A stretch of DNA of 64,000 bases from the human T2T-CHM13v2.0 reference genome, Homo sapiens, in assembly GCA_009914755.4 (NCBI GenBank), contig CP068257.2:13408001-13472000 (forward strand), written 5' to 3'. Under the pieces are notes generated by a model that saw only the letters and a list, made by a program, of their open reading frames with translations, was not told the DNA's origin and did no database searches. Positions 39,906 through 53,684 of this stretch are shown one piece after another. Each line of letters starts with the position of its first letter. The stretch's first letter is position 1. The position numbers were made by a program, and so were the translations under genes.

Positions 39906-40319
39906 AGAAGACAATTGGACACTAAAATAATAAACATTTTGTAGTCCTCCATTCACTTTCATAACAGACATTTTATGTAGAAAGAGAATTGGTCTGGGAG
40001 TCCAAATACGAGATCTTTTCTTTCTTATAACATTTGCTTTGTATGTCTCTCTGGTCCCAAAACTTGTCATCTGTAAAACTGAGCCATAATACATACCCTA
40101 CCTAGTGAGTTAATATGCTGGATTAGCAATCAGCATATGAAGGCCTTTGAAATCTGCGCTTATTTCTTGTTTTAGGCTTGCTCTCCTTCAAATCCCTCCA
40201 TTGCAGCCCAGTGGGCTGCCTTTTCCATGAACTTCATTCACCTATTCCTTTTCCTGCAACCCTCTTCCAACTATGTAAAAAGCACAGTCTCCTCTTTCAC
40301 AGCACTCGCCTCTGGTATT

Positions 40320-40460
40320 GCAATATATTTTTCCCATCACATCCACTAGACTGTGAACTCTTGAGGTTGTTTATGTTTTATTCTCCTTTATCCCATTAGT
40401 GCCTAGCACAATTCCTGACACATCATCAGTAAATATTTGTTGAGTGCATAAGTAAAAGAG
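40320..40460 (+). mobile_element. MIR SINE fragment
   Basis: actgtgaactcttgaggttgtttatgttttattctcctttatcccattagtgcctagcacaattcctgacacatcatcagtaaatatttgttgagtgcataagtaaa matches the MIR region ctgtgagctccttgagggcagggactgtgtcttatt...cagcgcctagcacagtgcctggcacatagtaggtgctcaataaatgtttgttgaatgaatgaa. Confidence 0.8.
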
Positions 40461-41627
40461 AATATGTATTGTAAAAGCAATTTGCAAACTGCAAAGTGCT
40501 GTAAAGTAAGCATTCCTTATTTCATACGTGCAAAGATCTCAACATTAAGCATGTATTAGCAATGCAATGCAATATGTAGGAATTGAGTAACAAACTCAAG
40601 ATTATCATGAGCATTTGTAAATTTGTAAATTTGACTAAATCTTCTGGAGGTGTTTAAATGAACAGGAAATTTTCCTAGGCTACACTACAAGGAAAAGTCA
40701 AAAAAACAATATTTTTCAGATATGGTTAAAAAGAAACCCACTAGGATCCAATATGAATAGCATATAATATGAAGTATTTAGATAGAGATGAGCAATATCA
40801 ATACTACTTAGTGAGAAAGGCTTAGCTGGCACCACCGTCATGATATCATGGTTGTTAAGCATCCTCACAGTACAGGAGTACAGATTATAGGAAGCCACAG
40901 AATAGGGTCATTGGTGCCAGTCTACTGTTATGAAAGCTAATATAACATGGGGATATACTACTAAGCATAACATCCTGCAGTGGCCAGCAAACCATCTAGA
41001 AGCTAAAACTAAGCCAGGTCCACAGAAGGCTTTGTCCCATTTGGGGCTCTATATTTTTTAAGTGATTTGGAAAGTTGGAAATGAACCAGGGAAGAGCAAC
41101 AAAAATAATTAGCGTTGGCAAATGGACCTATGGGGAACAAAAGGGAAAAGAACTTGGAATTATTTGAGCTGAAGAAGAAATTGCTGCAGGGTGACCTCAT
41201 AATCACTTTCAACGGATAAAAGGGTATCATAAGGATAATAGGTGCTGGGGTTTGAGGGAGCCGATTCATTATTTCTCTCCTGACTTCTGGTTTCCAAATT
41301 TCTAGAACCAAATTCAAAACAGGTCAAAGCAACCAGGTGAGAAATCAAGGATATAATCAACTTTCCTTCCCCAAAGAGTCATGGTTTCTATGTCAGAGGG
41401 TACAACTTGGGCCTGAGATCCAAGTAAGGTTTCCTGTTACTTTGCTTATTTCCTTTTCTCCACTCACAGCTCTGCTTCTGCTACTCTACTCCACAGATCT
41501 TAATACAGGACCCAATCAAGGAGAGAGCTGGGTCTAGCAGGTGAGATGCTTACCCACTGGCCCGTGCATGCTTGTAGTCTGCCTCACATGTGGTTCAAGG
41601 AATAGAGAGAACCAAGAGAGCAGCTCA

Positions 41628-41738
41628 GGAACAAGCAGTGATTTTGCCCCAGTCTTAACAATAAGGAAAGTAGTGACAAAGACAGAGAGAGATAAGAAGT
41701 GAGCTTCTTCCACAGCAGAGGAGCTCAGCTGTTTTGCT
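41628..41738 (+). repeat. source copy of a 111-bp segment that is duplicated 1.9 kb downstream
   Basis: ggaacaagcagtgattttgccccagtcttaacaataaggaaagtagtgacaaagacagagagagataagaagtgagcttcttccacagcagaggagctcagctgttttgct is about 90% identical to 43533-43647. Confidence 0.85.
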
Positions 41739-43499
41739 ATCTACAGAAATAATAGGCAGCTGTGTAACAAGCATCACACTCCCTCCAAAACAACAGGATC
41801 CGGGGGATCTCCATTTTCTCAGTCATAAACCAGTTTTCCAAAAGGAAGATTTCTCTTGAAAACAAAACTAATGCTGAATGTTTCTGAGAGAATGACATAG
41901 CTCTCCGAAGGACAATTTAAAATTTCCTGCGGAGAGTTCTGGCAATTACAATCATAGGACCAACATTGTTCAAAGTGGTTCCATGGAATGTTAACAGGGA
42001 TCACATGGAAAATAGGGTTCTGCGGTCAAATCCTTTTGTGAAACACGAGGTTAAACCAAGTTAAATCATTTTCTATACTAAAGGTCATAATAAAACTTTA
42101 AATATTATAATATTTATTGTGAAGCTCCATGTTTTCCAGAATCTTTCTTCTTTTTGGCAGAGTATCTCATTTGGCTTGTGTTTCGTAAAATATACTTTGG
42201 AAAAATGTAGCCTTAGATGGTTTCATTCACTTAACATGGAGACAGAAAAGTTGGATCTCATCTACAAGCCTCTTCTAGCTCTACTATTTCACTACTAAGT
42301 TTGGTGCAGTGACTCATTAGAAACTGTAATCACCACGTTTCACCAAGCTTAAACCTCCAAGTGATTGGTGCAACTTTTTTAATGGGAATGAGACTTGGAC
42401 TCAGCAGACTACATCTCACTGGGAGACAATACAGCCTTGTATTAACAGCTTATACTGACGAAACCATGAAAAAACACAATCACATTTATTTACAATTTTT
42501 AAATTTGTTTATCTGTACTTAGCAGCAACATGGTTGTTTCTCGGAAGGTCAGAGTAGGGTGCTCATGAACTTAAGTTTAATATTGGGCATTGTTACTTTA
42601 TTTTTGGCCATTTACGATTGTACTATGCCTTTACTTAGGAGGGGCACACAGCAAGAGTGTGGACAGAACACAGGAAACTCATGGTTGCTTGTGCGTAACA
42701 AATAACATTATGGCTTTTCTTATAGTAACATCACACCACGCTAGAGAAGAAAAAAGATTATCTCTCAGAAGAAAAGGATATCATTAACCCAAAAGGGCCT
42801 GTGGTATCTTCTGTTTTGTGTTAAATAAAAGCCTTATGTCAATTTTCAGATTCTGAAAATGTTCCCTTTAAAGTTTTCTGTTCTTATGGATAATAATGAA
42901 GTGGCATCTGAAACAACATACTCCATTCAGTTCGGTGCTTTGGCAGGAAGTAGCTGAAAGAAATTGCTTCCATAGGCAGAGAAACCTGCTGAGGCTGCAG
43001 GACAATTGTGGAAGGAGGACTCTCTCAGCTGCTTTAAGGGTTTTGCAGCTTGGTTGGTTAGTCCAGAAGATGGTAATTAAAAGATCCCTTCAAGGGAAAG
43101 AATAGCTTCAAGAAAAGCAAGATTCATGAGTAAATTAGGAGAGCTTCAGGATTCAGGTGCCACATGCTGTATGTAGCTAGGAGTGCAGGCTCTTCTGTGA
43201 CTCAGGCATACCTGAGTGCTTCAGAGGCAAACCAGTCTCATTTTATTTCTGGTGCAGAACTCCAAGTTTCTTAAAAGTTACTCCACTGTCAGCGTATGTG
43301 TGTACCACCTTTTGCAAGAGAGCATGGAGAAAGAGAGAGCGTATTGTATTTCCAGCTCTGATGTACTTGTCTTAGCTATATTGTTTTAAATCTGGCATTT
43401 AGACTGAATATTTATCAGCCACGTTGTTAGTTATGTCAGTAAGAGAGTGGGTATGAAGCCCATCTTGAATGAAATGATGAGAATGAGGCATCTGACGGA

Positions 43500-43693
43500 T
43501 AAATGAAAATTCAAGTGTGATTATAGGCACAGGAACAAGCAGTGGTTTTGCCCCAATCTTAACAATAAGAAAAGTAGTAACAAAGACAAAGAGAGAGAGA
43601 TAAGAAGTGAGCTTCTTCCCCAGAAGAGGAGCTCAACTGTTTTGCTGTTGATAATGAAATTAAATGAAAATTCAAGTGTGATTATAGGCACAG
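43500..43693 (+). repeat. templated insertion/duplication: copy of 41628-41738 bounded by perfect 33-bp direct repeats
   Basis: taaatgaaaattcaagtgtgattataggcacag occurs at 43500-43532 and again at 43661-43693. Between them lies a 128-bp segment (43533-43660) whose first 115 bp copy 41628-41738. A third, degenerate copy of the direct repeat (aaaaattcaagtatgattataggcccagg) lies at 43719-43747. Confidence 0.85.
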
Positions 43694-44780
43694 ATTGTCA
43701 TTTATTTCACAGATAAACAAAAATTCAAGTATGATTATAGGCCCAGGTAAAGGCTGGCCACACATTGCTAGGAGCTGAGATAGCCAGATCTGTGATCTGA
43801 AGTTTGCCAGTACAGAGCTAAATATACACATATTTCTCTTGCCCGTATAACCCTCAAGCCTTCACCTACTTTGCTGAGAAACTTAATACTTTCAAACAAA
43901 GCTATAGACCTGAAGCATAACCCATGTCTACACAAATACTAAACTTTCTACAGAACTAGAATTCATCTAGTTACCAATGACCTGGAATAAATGAAAAGAA
44001 CTGGGTCATGCAATGTCTTCTACACAGTCTATTTGCAACAAACTGACAGTACCGAAGACCACCAGGCTGGGAATGGATCAAGGAAATATTCACCGCTTAT
44101 TCTAGGACTTCGAGGAAAGAAATTATTTTTCTGTTGTACTACAAATACATAGTCAGATAAATAAGAAATATAATGTTAAAAACAGCAAATAATCCTTTAC
44201 TTCCCAAAAGCGTTGTAATCTATTCATGACTACTGGTACAGAGCAAGTCTCCACAGCCAAGGGAAGCGAAAATCATTTTCACCCAAACAAGCTGTCCCAA
44301 TAGGAGGGTTTGCAGGGCCCTCAGTGAACGAATAAACGTAGTTGAAAAGACAGCAATTGGCCAATGGTGCCATGTGTAAGGAGTGATGAGAACACAAGAT
44401 AACATCAAGAAAGACAAACATAGGAATCACAGTATCCTTCAGGCTCATCAAATAACCATCACTGTGGGTCTTAATGGTAATGTAAAATTAAGGTGGCCCA
44501 GAGAAAACTATGTAAAGGAAATGAGTAGGCATTTTACAGATTAGAAAATCTAAATGACCAACAAATTTGGGAAAATATATTTCATGAACCAAATTAGTAG
44601 TAAGGGAGATAACATCATCAAATTATAAAAACAAATGGTTTACGGCCAGTTGCCAGTTGGGTTGTGGGAAAAAGGACACCCTTAGACATTGCTGTAGACA
44701 TGTGAACTGCTTCGGTTATCTTGGGAAACACTTTGGCACTATCAATTCACATCAAACATATTTGTTTTTAGACCTACGTG

Positions 44781-44868
44781 TATGAACTTCTCACTCAGTA
44801 ATCCTACTTTGAGACACTTTGCTGTATGAACTTCTTACTCAATAATCCTACTTTGAGACAGTTTGCTA
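44781..44868. repeat. 44-bp perfect-phase tandem duplication (2 copies, 3 mismatches)
   Basis: tatgaacttctcactcagtaatcctactttgagacactttgctg followed by tatgaacttcttactcaataatcctactttgagacagtttgcta. It directly abuts the Alu insertion site. Confidence 0.9.
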
Positions 44869-44884
44869 TAAAAATGAAAGCACT

Positions 44885-45203
44885 GGCCAGGAGTAGTGGC
44901 TGATGCCTGTAATCCCAGCACTTTGGGAGGCCGAGGCGAGATCGCTTGAGCCAGGAGTTCGAGACCAGCCTGGCCAATATGGCAAAACCCCGTCTATACT
45001 AATAATACAAAAATTAGCTGGGTGTGGTGCTGCCAGCCTGTAATCCCAGCTACTTGGGAGGCTGCAGGGGGACATCACTTGAACCAGGGAGGTAGAGGTT
45101 GCAGTGAGTCGAGATTGTGCCACTGCACTGCAGCCTGAGCGACAACGTGAAATTGTGTCTCAAAATAAATAAATAAATACAATAAAATAAAAATGAAATG
45201 AAA
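44885..45203 (+). mobile_element. Alu (AluS-type) with an A-rich (AAAT)n-like tail and a target-site duplication of about 14 bp
   Basis: ggccaggagtagtggctgatgcctgtaatcccagcactttgggaggccgaggcgagatcgcttgagccaggagttcgagaccagcctggccaatatggcaaaaccccgtct... The target-site duplication reads aaaaatgaaagcac before the element and aaaatgaaatgaaagcacc after the tail. Confidence 0.95.
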
Positions 45204-47159
45204 GCACCAACATATAAAGGTATTGATTGCATCATTGTTTTTGGTAGCAAGTGAGCATGTTTATATACTTGCAAGTATATACATTTGCAAATGTTTAATT
45301 AAGAGAAAGATGTGGAAAAAAGGAAGAAGGAAAAGGGAGGGGAGGTAAATAATATCTAAAAATAAAATTTTTCATGAAATTTAAAAAAATCATGTGACTA
45401 TGATCATATTTAAATAATACCATATAGATAGGTCTATATAAACACAGAAATGTTAGGAGATGGTTACCGAAATGTTCATGGGTTTCCAAGAGGTGCAACC
45501 TTAGGTAAATTTTTTTCTTTTTCTCACGTTTTTGTTTTTTGTTTTTTTTTTTACAATCAGCACATTATTTTTACATCAGAAGAACAGAGAAAGGTATGTT
45601 TTTGATTAGCTAAAAATTTTAACATAAAATTCTAATATTGTGTCTATAACATGTTTTATATGGATTAGTATGAATTGTGCAAATTACCAATGAAGGCAGT
45701 GGAAGAGGGCCTGGGGAGAGGAGTGTTTTAGCCAGAGTTTGCATTCTTTTTATTTCCTGCACTCTGGATCTATTCAAATCTCATCTCCTGCCGAGGGATT
45801 CAGTGCAGAACTAAAATATGATGACTTACTTGGCAACAGCAAAAAAAAGAGCATTTACTCAAATGCAATAAAGATAAGCAATAAGTTTCAGTGATGCATA
45901 TAGTATGTTCTCTGCTCGCCTGCTTGTTCTTTCTTCTCTCAGCAGAAGTTCAACTGAAAATAAGCTCAAACAGCAATTTGCCAAATTAGCTAGTCACCTC
46001 ACTTGTGACCAAATCACATCCTACAGAGATGCTGAACCCCAAGTTTTTGCTCTCTGGAATATACATAATTTGAAGAGTCTTTTCACTTAGTAAATGAAGG
46101 GGTAACCTGGTAAGTTCAAGTTACTTTGAAATGAGATGTACAAATAATACTTGGGTATAATATCCACAGATAATTCCCAAGTTATTGCTCCCCAATCTAC
46201 CACCCTTCCAAAAACAGCCATGCAAAAAATATACATTTTTCCCTTTCTCTGTCCTTTCCCAACCTCACAAGGAAGTAAACTGATAAATGCTTATTGAAAT
46301 CCTAAAAAGCAAATTGCAGGAAAAAAATTTAAAAAGAGAACATAACTTAGATAAAGCAGTGGATAGATAATTAAGAATTTGATATATGATGCCATCAACT
46401 TTTACCCAACAGAGACTAAGGATATTTCTCTTTTGTTTACGTGCTTCTTCTCTCTTTCTGATTAATCCCCTGGCTGACAGTGTTTTGCCACTCTAAATAG
46501 CTCTGAACCAATCTCCATGCACAGAAGTCACTCTCTGTAGAAGTCTGGGGCATTCTGATTGGCCAGCATGAACCCATGTGTCAACCCTTTGGCAGAAGAG
46601 ACTGTGCCTGTAAGCTGTGCCATCAGGGAGATGGGCAGCTCCCAAAAAGAAAAAAAAAGCGCTATGCAAATCAAAAGTATTAGCTGTTCCCTGTGTCGAA
46701 GTATACTTGAGAAGTAATTTTCTAGGTGTTACCACAAGTGTAATAACTTTCTTATTCTATCTTTTAGCATATTTGACAAGTACAAACAATATATAAATGC
46801 AAAAGAATTGATTCTTTTCATAGGGATTCAGAGTGAAGTTTTATCCCATGCCCTTATTTTGAAAAGTGATTTCTAGTGGTAATCCCTATTGTTATTCTTG
46901 TTGGCCACTGATAGCACAGCCATCTATCTTCAGAAGGTTTGACACTTGATTTTTATAATAAATGGTCTTTGTATTATGCTGTTAGGAAAATCAAAATATT
47001 GCCCTTTAGTACTCCTATTTATGGATTAAAATTCTCCTATAAGATTTCTGTCCATGTGAACACAAAAATGTCCTTTCTTTTTGAAAATCCATCCCAGCAA
47101 TTAGAACAGTCATCCTTTCCAGATATCAAGCCACCCATCAGACGGCCTGTATTAGTTAC

Positions 47160-47700
47160 TACTGCTGTGTAACAAATTATCATAATCGTAACAGCTTAAA
47201 ACAATTCCTATCTATTATCTCACATTTATAAAGCTCAGTAGTCCAGGTAGACTCTGTTAGGTTCTCTGTTTGGTTGGTTTCCAAAGCTGAAATCAAGGTG
47301 TTGACTGGCTTGGCTGTTACGTGGAGCTTTTGGGCAAGAATCCACTTCCAAGCTCATGCAGGTTGCTGACAAAATCTAGTTCTTGTGGTTGTGGGACTCA
47401 GGTCTCCATTTCTCCAGTTCTCTTTTCAGCTGGGAGCTACTCTAGTTCCTTGAGACTGTTCCAGATTTTTTCTCATGTGCTTCCCTCCATCACAGAGCCA
47501 GCAATGCTGCAATGAGTTAGTTCTCGTGTTTTGAATCTCTCTGACCTTTTTAAGTGCCACTTCTTGGAGAAAGTGCTTTAGTTTTAAGGGCTCATGTGGT
47601 TAGATCAAGCCTACCCAGATCATCTCCCTTCCTTGTCAACTGTGCCATATAATATAGCATAATCATGGGAGTGAATACTCATTGCCTTTCTAGAGATGAA
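47160..47700 (-). mobile_element. MaLR LTR (MLT1/MST-like), reverse orientation, diverged
   Basis: gtattagttactactgctgtgtaacaaattatcataa..cagcttaaaacaattcc...ctcacatttataaagctcag...ctgaaatcaaggtgttgactggc follows the reverse-complement MaLR LTR layout (tgtattagtc...ctataa..a..taccacagactgggtggcttaaacaac...ctcacagttctgg...gaagtccaagatcaaggtg). Confidence 0.55.
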
Positions 47701-47748
47701 GACAGGGTATCTTTGGGGACCATTTTAGATATTCTGCTTATCACCTGC

Positions 47749-47773
47749 CTACTACTACTACTACTACTACTAC
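47749..47773. repeat. (CTA)n trinucleotide repeat, about 8 units
   Basis: Direct read. It translates as poly-Leu in the spurious ORF 47665..47874. Confidence 0.9.
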
Positions 47774-49542
47774 AAGCCAGCATTGATTCAGTGCTTGTTA
47801 AGTGCTTGCTAGGTGCTTTGTATGGATTATCTTATTTAACATCTATAGTATTTTTAAAGTGGGTGCTGTTGTGAGTTCCATGTTTGGATAAGGAATCAGG
47901 CTTAGGGCAATTAAGTCCTTGTCCAAGATGACAAGCCAGCAGGAAGTGGTACCAGGATATGAACCCAGGCCTGGCTCTCAGGATTTTACTCTTAATTGCC
48001 TCCCTTGTTGGTCATTGTATCTTTGATCTCCCAAGAGTAACCTTTAAAATTATCAAATTATAAACTTACATAAAAATGTCAATTACATTTTGTTAATATG
48101 TAATGTTATTATTATTAGTTATATTATCTCATATGGACAAATATAATAGATTTAAATAGTTGTAAACCCCAAAATTTATTTTGTCATTTTCAATAATAAG
48201 TAAAATTTGCCATATTTTCAATGCAAAGGAGAAGGTGTTGTTATCTTTATGACATGCATTTTTGAACTGTGTTTCTATTAGAAATGATTATTTGCATCCA
48301 TCCAAGGCCATGATTGGCAAAATATCTTTGTGTATGCATTATTAAAGGCACCACATTTGACCTATGGACAGATCATTCAGAGCAAGAGGGCCTCTCTGGG
48401 TGGATGAATTAGAAAAAGGCAACTTGCCTTCTGGGCTGACACTTGGATAGTAAAATGTGGATGGCTTTCACCACCTGCTACATACCTTTGGTAGGCTGCC
48501 TCATGCATGCAAAGACACTCTGAGCTGTGCATATTCTCCAAACTTCACCTTGCAAACAACAGCACTCATTTACAAAACTTAGATACATGATGCAGTGTCT
48601 TGCCGTGAGCCTAAAAGTTTTGGTCATTGCAGGATCCAATGTCCACTTACTTCCATTAGATCAAATACTAAGAAGACTGGCCCAAGATACCAACGAAAAT
48701 GTTTCACAAATTAAACTGTAGCTAAAGAAATGAATTTTATGGCTATCAGTTTAGGAAGACTTTTGTGCTGTATCTTTGATTAGACTTCACATTAATATTT
48801 TCCATTTTATTATATAAATATAGAAAAACAGAGATGGGAAAAAACAAAACTACTCCTTTGAGGACTTCTAAATTGCCCAGTTTACATTTTCATAACCAAG
48901 ACTAAGAATTAAAACCCAAAAGACAGGAATAAAAGATTTACTGTTATACAAGTCCAGTATTATAAACACTGTCATTCAAAAGTTGGGCTGCTTTTTTTGC
49001 ATTTAATGAGGAATTTATGAATTCTCATACACCATTCATCTTTCACTAAGCACTCTTTTGAGTACTAAAACATTTGTTTTAATGTGGCGTATTGACATAT
49101 GAGGCAGTAATAACAAAACAAACACATAAACAAATCCTCGAACTTGAAAAAGTCATTGCCTCCAAAAACACATCTCTTTTCTTCAACACCCTCAGTTTGT
49201 GACTTTCATTTATGGTGTTTTTCTTTTAATCTCAAACTTCACTATTAACAGTTATACATATGGTGTATGAGTCCTCGGGGGCCTAGGTCAACATCCAGGC
49301 CAACAGATTGGTCCACCTGTCCCGTGGGCCACAACAAAAACTCAGTGCTTTCTCACAACATTCAGTGCTTACACCTACTTTTAAATAGATGCTTTAATTT
49401 GAGTTCAAGCTCTTTCCACGCTAACCTTTTAGTGACATGAAAATTTCTGATTTGATTTTTAAATTTTGTTTATTTTATAGTTACTCTTTAGAAGCATGTG
49501 ATTCATTATTTCTTATTGATTACATTTTAAAATACCATAACA

Positions 49543-49909
<367 letters not shown>

Positions 49910-52487
49910 TCATTAAACAGACCCAACACTGAAACAATGCCAAGGATTCATCCATTCAAATAGAAGGCACCCAACATATCATTTTAGGGTTAAAAAGCAC
50001 ACAATTGATTAATTAGAAATCTTAGTTAGGAGGAGTTTGTATCCTAGACTTGACAGGTAAAACAAGCTGTTATCAACAATTTATTTTTTAAGCCCCTCCA
50101 GTGAGGCCATTTCAGTCATATACTGTGATCAGTCCATAGTTAGATTAATCTTCCGCACCTTCATTTGTTGCGGTAGGTGTTCAATACATATTGTTGCTCA
50201 GAATAGTGATGCAAAAGTGCTGCCAACTAAGCACAATCAAAGAAAGGCTCAAGGATCCATGAGTCCAGAGAGTAAACAAAGTGGAATAACCCATTATATG
50301 AGCATCTCACTTGATGAAGAGGTCAAATTCGTTGATTGTTTTCCTTTAGACCAGGTGAAGTGAAAATTTTGCAGATTTCCAAGCAATAAACATCTTAGCC
50401 AAGAGCCACTGGACTCATTTAGATTATGTATCTACGCTGATTTAATTCATCAACTAAATGCCAGTTATCCACATTGTACTATATGTGGTTGTGAGCTCGA
50501 TCTTCAGTGTATAAGGTGCATTCCTTATGTCATTCATCGGCCTTTAAGAGACAGAAGGTAGTGGAAACAGGGTATAATACAATTTTCCTTTCTCCTTTTC
50601 TTAGCATGGGTTTTCCTGTCTTTTTTTTTATCCTAGAAAACACTTCAGGAAACTTTCTCCAGATTATACATTACATTTTCTAAGGCTGTAAAGGGGAAAA
50701 CTGGTGAAAACGAAATCAATTTGTTATAGCTTTTGGTTTTCATACTAAACTGGCAAAAAGAGAAATGAGAGACATCACTGTACAACCTAAATTGAAGATC
50801 ACACTAATATTTGGATAACTCAAGAGTGATTACTGGTAGGCCAATGTTTCTAAATCCAGTGAGAAATTATGCAATTTCTTGCTTTCTTATTTTAAAGCTC
50901 TGTGAACTCAGGTTTATGAAATTATGCTAGGTCATCATTGCGCTTATGAATACGTTGTTTTTGTTTATTGTTGCATTTAGGATTCTTTTTAAAAGTCCAC
51001 AAGTTGATTTATTATGTCATAAAAAATTAAACTCTAAAAAGAAAATCGGCAAACTGATATGAATCTCTCAGGATAGAAAAAGTGTGATGTGGAATTGAGC
51101 TGTGACTTGAAAAAGTATCAGGTAGGAAGCACTGAAGCTAATTATTAAGCCAACAGGTAAGACCAGGTTCCAAAATGAATAGACAGTGTTTTTTAAATAG
51201 CAAAAAAAAAAAAAAGTATGTTGAATATAATTGTTTGGGCTTGAGTGGATAGTTATTTTTCTTTCATACAGAGAGAAAGTAGAACACCAAAATTAAAAAA
51301 GGAAAAGATATACTGACAGTAAGAGGGTTACGGATGCTACCAAAAGATTATTGAAAAGTTGACTTAGATGGTATGTAGTGAGGTAAATAACATAAAGGAA
51401 TTTGTTGCAGAAAAAATATATAGCATTTGTGGTTTCTGGGTTTTGTCACCAAATCATTTTATTTTCAAGAAAGATTCCACTAAACGATTATTCTATTTCA
51501 TTATGTAGCCTGCAAGTGACCAGGGATTAAAACAAAAGAAAAAAAAATACGTGTTGAAAAATATGTAGTAATGTCAGGTGCAAGTTTAGATTTGGTTTTG
51601 ACAGTCAAGTCCAAAGCTAATCAGTTATCTCAATATTAGACCAAGCATGCAGATATAACCGGTATGGAAAAAAATTAACTACAGTCATGATTCCAAGCAG
51701 CTTACTTTGATGACACATAAGTGGGCAATATTAAAAAAAAAATCACTTCAAAGGAAATTTTCCTATATTAATTATCATTTGTAAAGGTGAGAAAATTTTA
51801 ATTCTGTCTGGTGTTTAGAAAAATGTTAAGAAATTTAAAAAGCATGACAGCAATCGTTTTTGCACACGACTCTACCACTTTCTTTTTTCTTATTGTTAGT
51901 TTATTTATTTATTTACTTCTCTTATTGTTTGGGGATTGTCAAAATTACAGTGGTTACACCACCGCCGCTTCTGACAGATGGAACACAGCTTGTTTGTCTG
52001 ACATAATGGTCACTGGGAAAGGATCACCCTAAAGATAGCAGAGAAACCTGGAGCTCAGGCTTGAGTCTGACTGCTAGACATCATAGCTGTGTGAATTCTG
52101 GGAAAGTCTGAAAAATCTTCTGTGCCTCAGTTTGCTCATCTCTAAAATGGGAATAGTAATTGTACATACACTTAGGGTTAATGAGATGATTAAATAAATT
52201 AAGATATAAAAAGCACTTAAAGAGCTTGGCACCTAGAAAGTGATATATGTGTTGTTACCTATTATTACGGTTATTAATATGACAAAAGAATTTGAGAAAG
52301 CCACTAAATTTCCACTTTAAAATGTGGATAATATAATATTAATAGCTTTGTATACGAGCTCCCTACAATGCAACGAAAGCAAAATTAATTATGGATGAAT
52401 TCCAATGAAGCTAAGAACTCCAAACCAATGCAAATGTAGGTTCCCCCTAATTTAGAAATTCCTCTTTCACATGGACTTACCAGCGAT

Positions 52488-52580
52488 CTCTCACTCATTT
52501 ACTCACTCAACAAATATCTATTGACCACCTAATATATGCCAGGGGATATAATAGTGAATAAACATTACCTGAAAGAACGG
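52488..52580 (-). mobile_element. MIR/L2-type core fragment
   Basis: tcactcatttactcactcaacaaatatctattgaccacctaatatatgccagggg matches the reverse-complement core tcattcattcaacaaatatttattgagcacctactatgtgccaggc. Confidence 0.7.
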
Positions 52581-53537
52581 GTCTTTTAATCAATCGGTAG
52601 GTAATATTTTTCCATGGAGCATGTGGTTCTTGAGGACAAATCTGTCCAGCTTTCGTTAATGTGGGTCTCATGAAACTGCGAGGGTGCAAGTGCCTGAAAA
52701 CCGAAAACTAAAGTTATCAATGTGCAGGCAAAGGCTGCCCCAAGGGCAGTGGGAGGAGGTCAAAGGTGAACTTGCTTAAAATGTGCTCAGGCCTGTAATA
52801 TATTAATAGATGGGAATACACTTTTCCTTTTTCACCCCCTCTTCTTCCTCTTCCCTCTTCATCCCGGAACCCAAACCACATTTATGTAAAATGATTCCCG
52901 TGATTCTGTTCGAGGTGGACTAAATAGGCATCCACAGACTGCGTGAGGGCCCTAACGATGACATAGAACATTATCTCTATTATAAGTGTTAATACTCTAA
53001 ACAAACCTACTGGCAAATAAAATTTTAGAGCACAATCCATTTGTTGGAGTCTGTATTTTTATTATTGCTGTGATAATTTTCTGGCTCTGATAATGAGTGC
53101 CATGAATGCAGTAGAGCAGATGTTGAAATTTTCGTTTTCTTTTTGTATCCGACGCTTACTTTTTCCTGGGTAGTTATTACATAGGTTAAAGCTAGTAACT
53201 TTGTTTTCCATAGTAAGTTCCAAAACAACTTAAAGGAGAGCAAAAGGGACAGATGGGTGGTTTATATTTGAAAATAGATTAATTTGCTTGAATAGTATGT
53301 GCCTTCAAATTGGAGTGATGAGGTTTGCATATAATCGAAAGCAGAGAATAAAACAGAGGAATATAGTCTATTCCTTTCTCCTTAATTTGCTACCACAGTG
53401 GGTCAGTACATGGCAATACTTTCGAATGTAATCTTTGTCACATTCAGAAGAAAAATGCCAAGGAACAATGAAACATAAAGGGATATTTTTTATTCCAGGA
53501 GGAAAAAGAATTTTCTGGAAAATCTTAATTGGCAAAT

Positions 53538-53684
53538 TTTTATTTTTATTATTATTTTTTGTTGATAGAGACGGGGTTTCACCATCTTGCGCAGGCTGGT
53601 CTTGAACTCCTGGTCTAAAGTAATCCACCCACCTTGGCCCTCCAAAGTGCTGGGATTATAGGCCTGAGCCACGGCGCCTGGCCA
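53538..53684 (-). mobile_element. free left Alu monomer (FLAM-like) or left-arm-only Alu, with an A/T-rich tail
   Basis: A T-rich tail, then gagacggggtttcaccatcttgcgcaggctggtcttgaactcctggtctaaagtaatccacccaccttggccctccaaagtgctgggattataggcctgagccacggcgcctggcc. This is the reverse complement of the Alu left monomer only. No right monomer is present. Confidence 0.8.
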
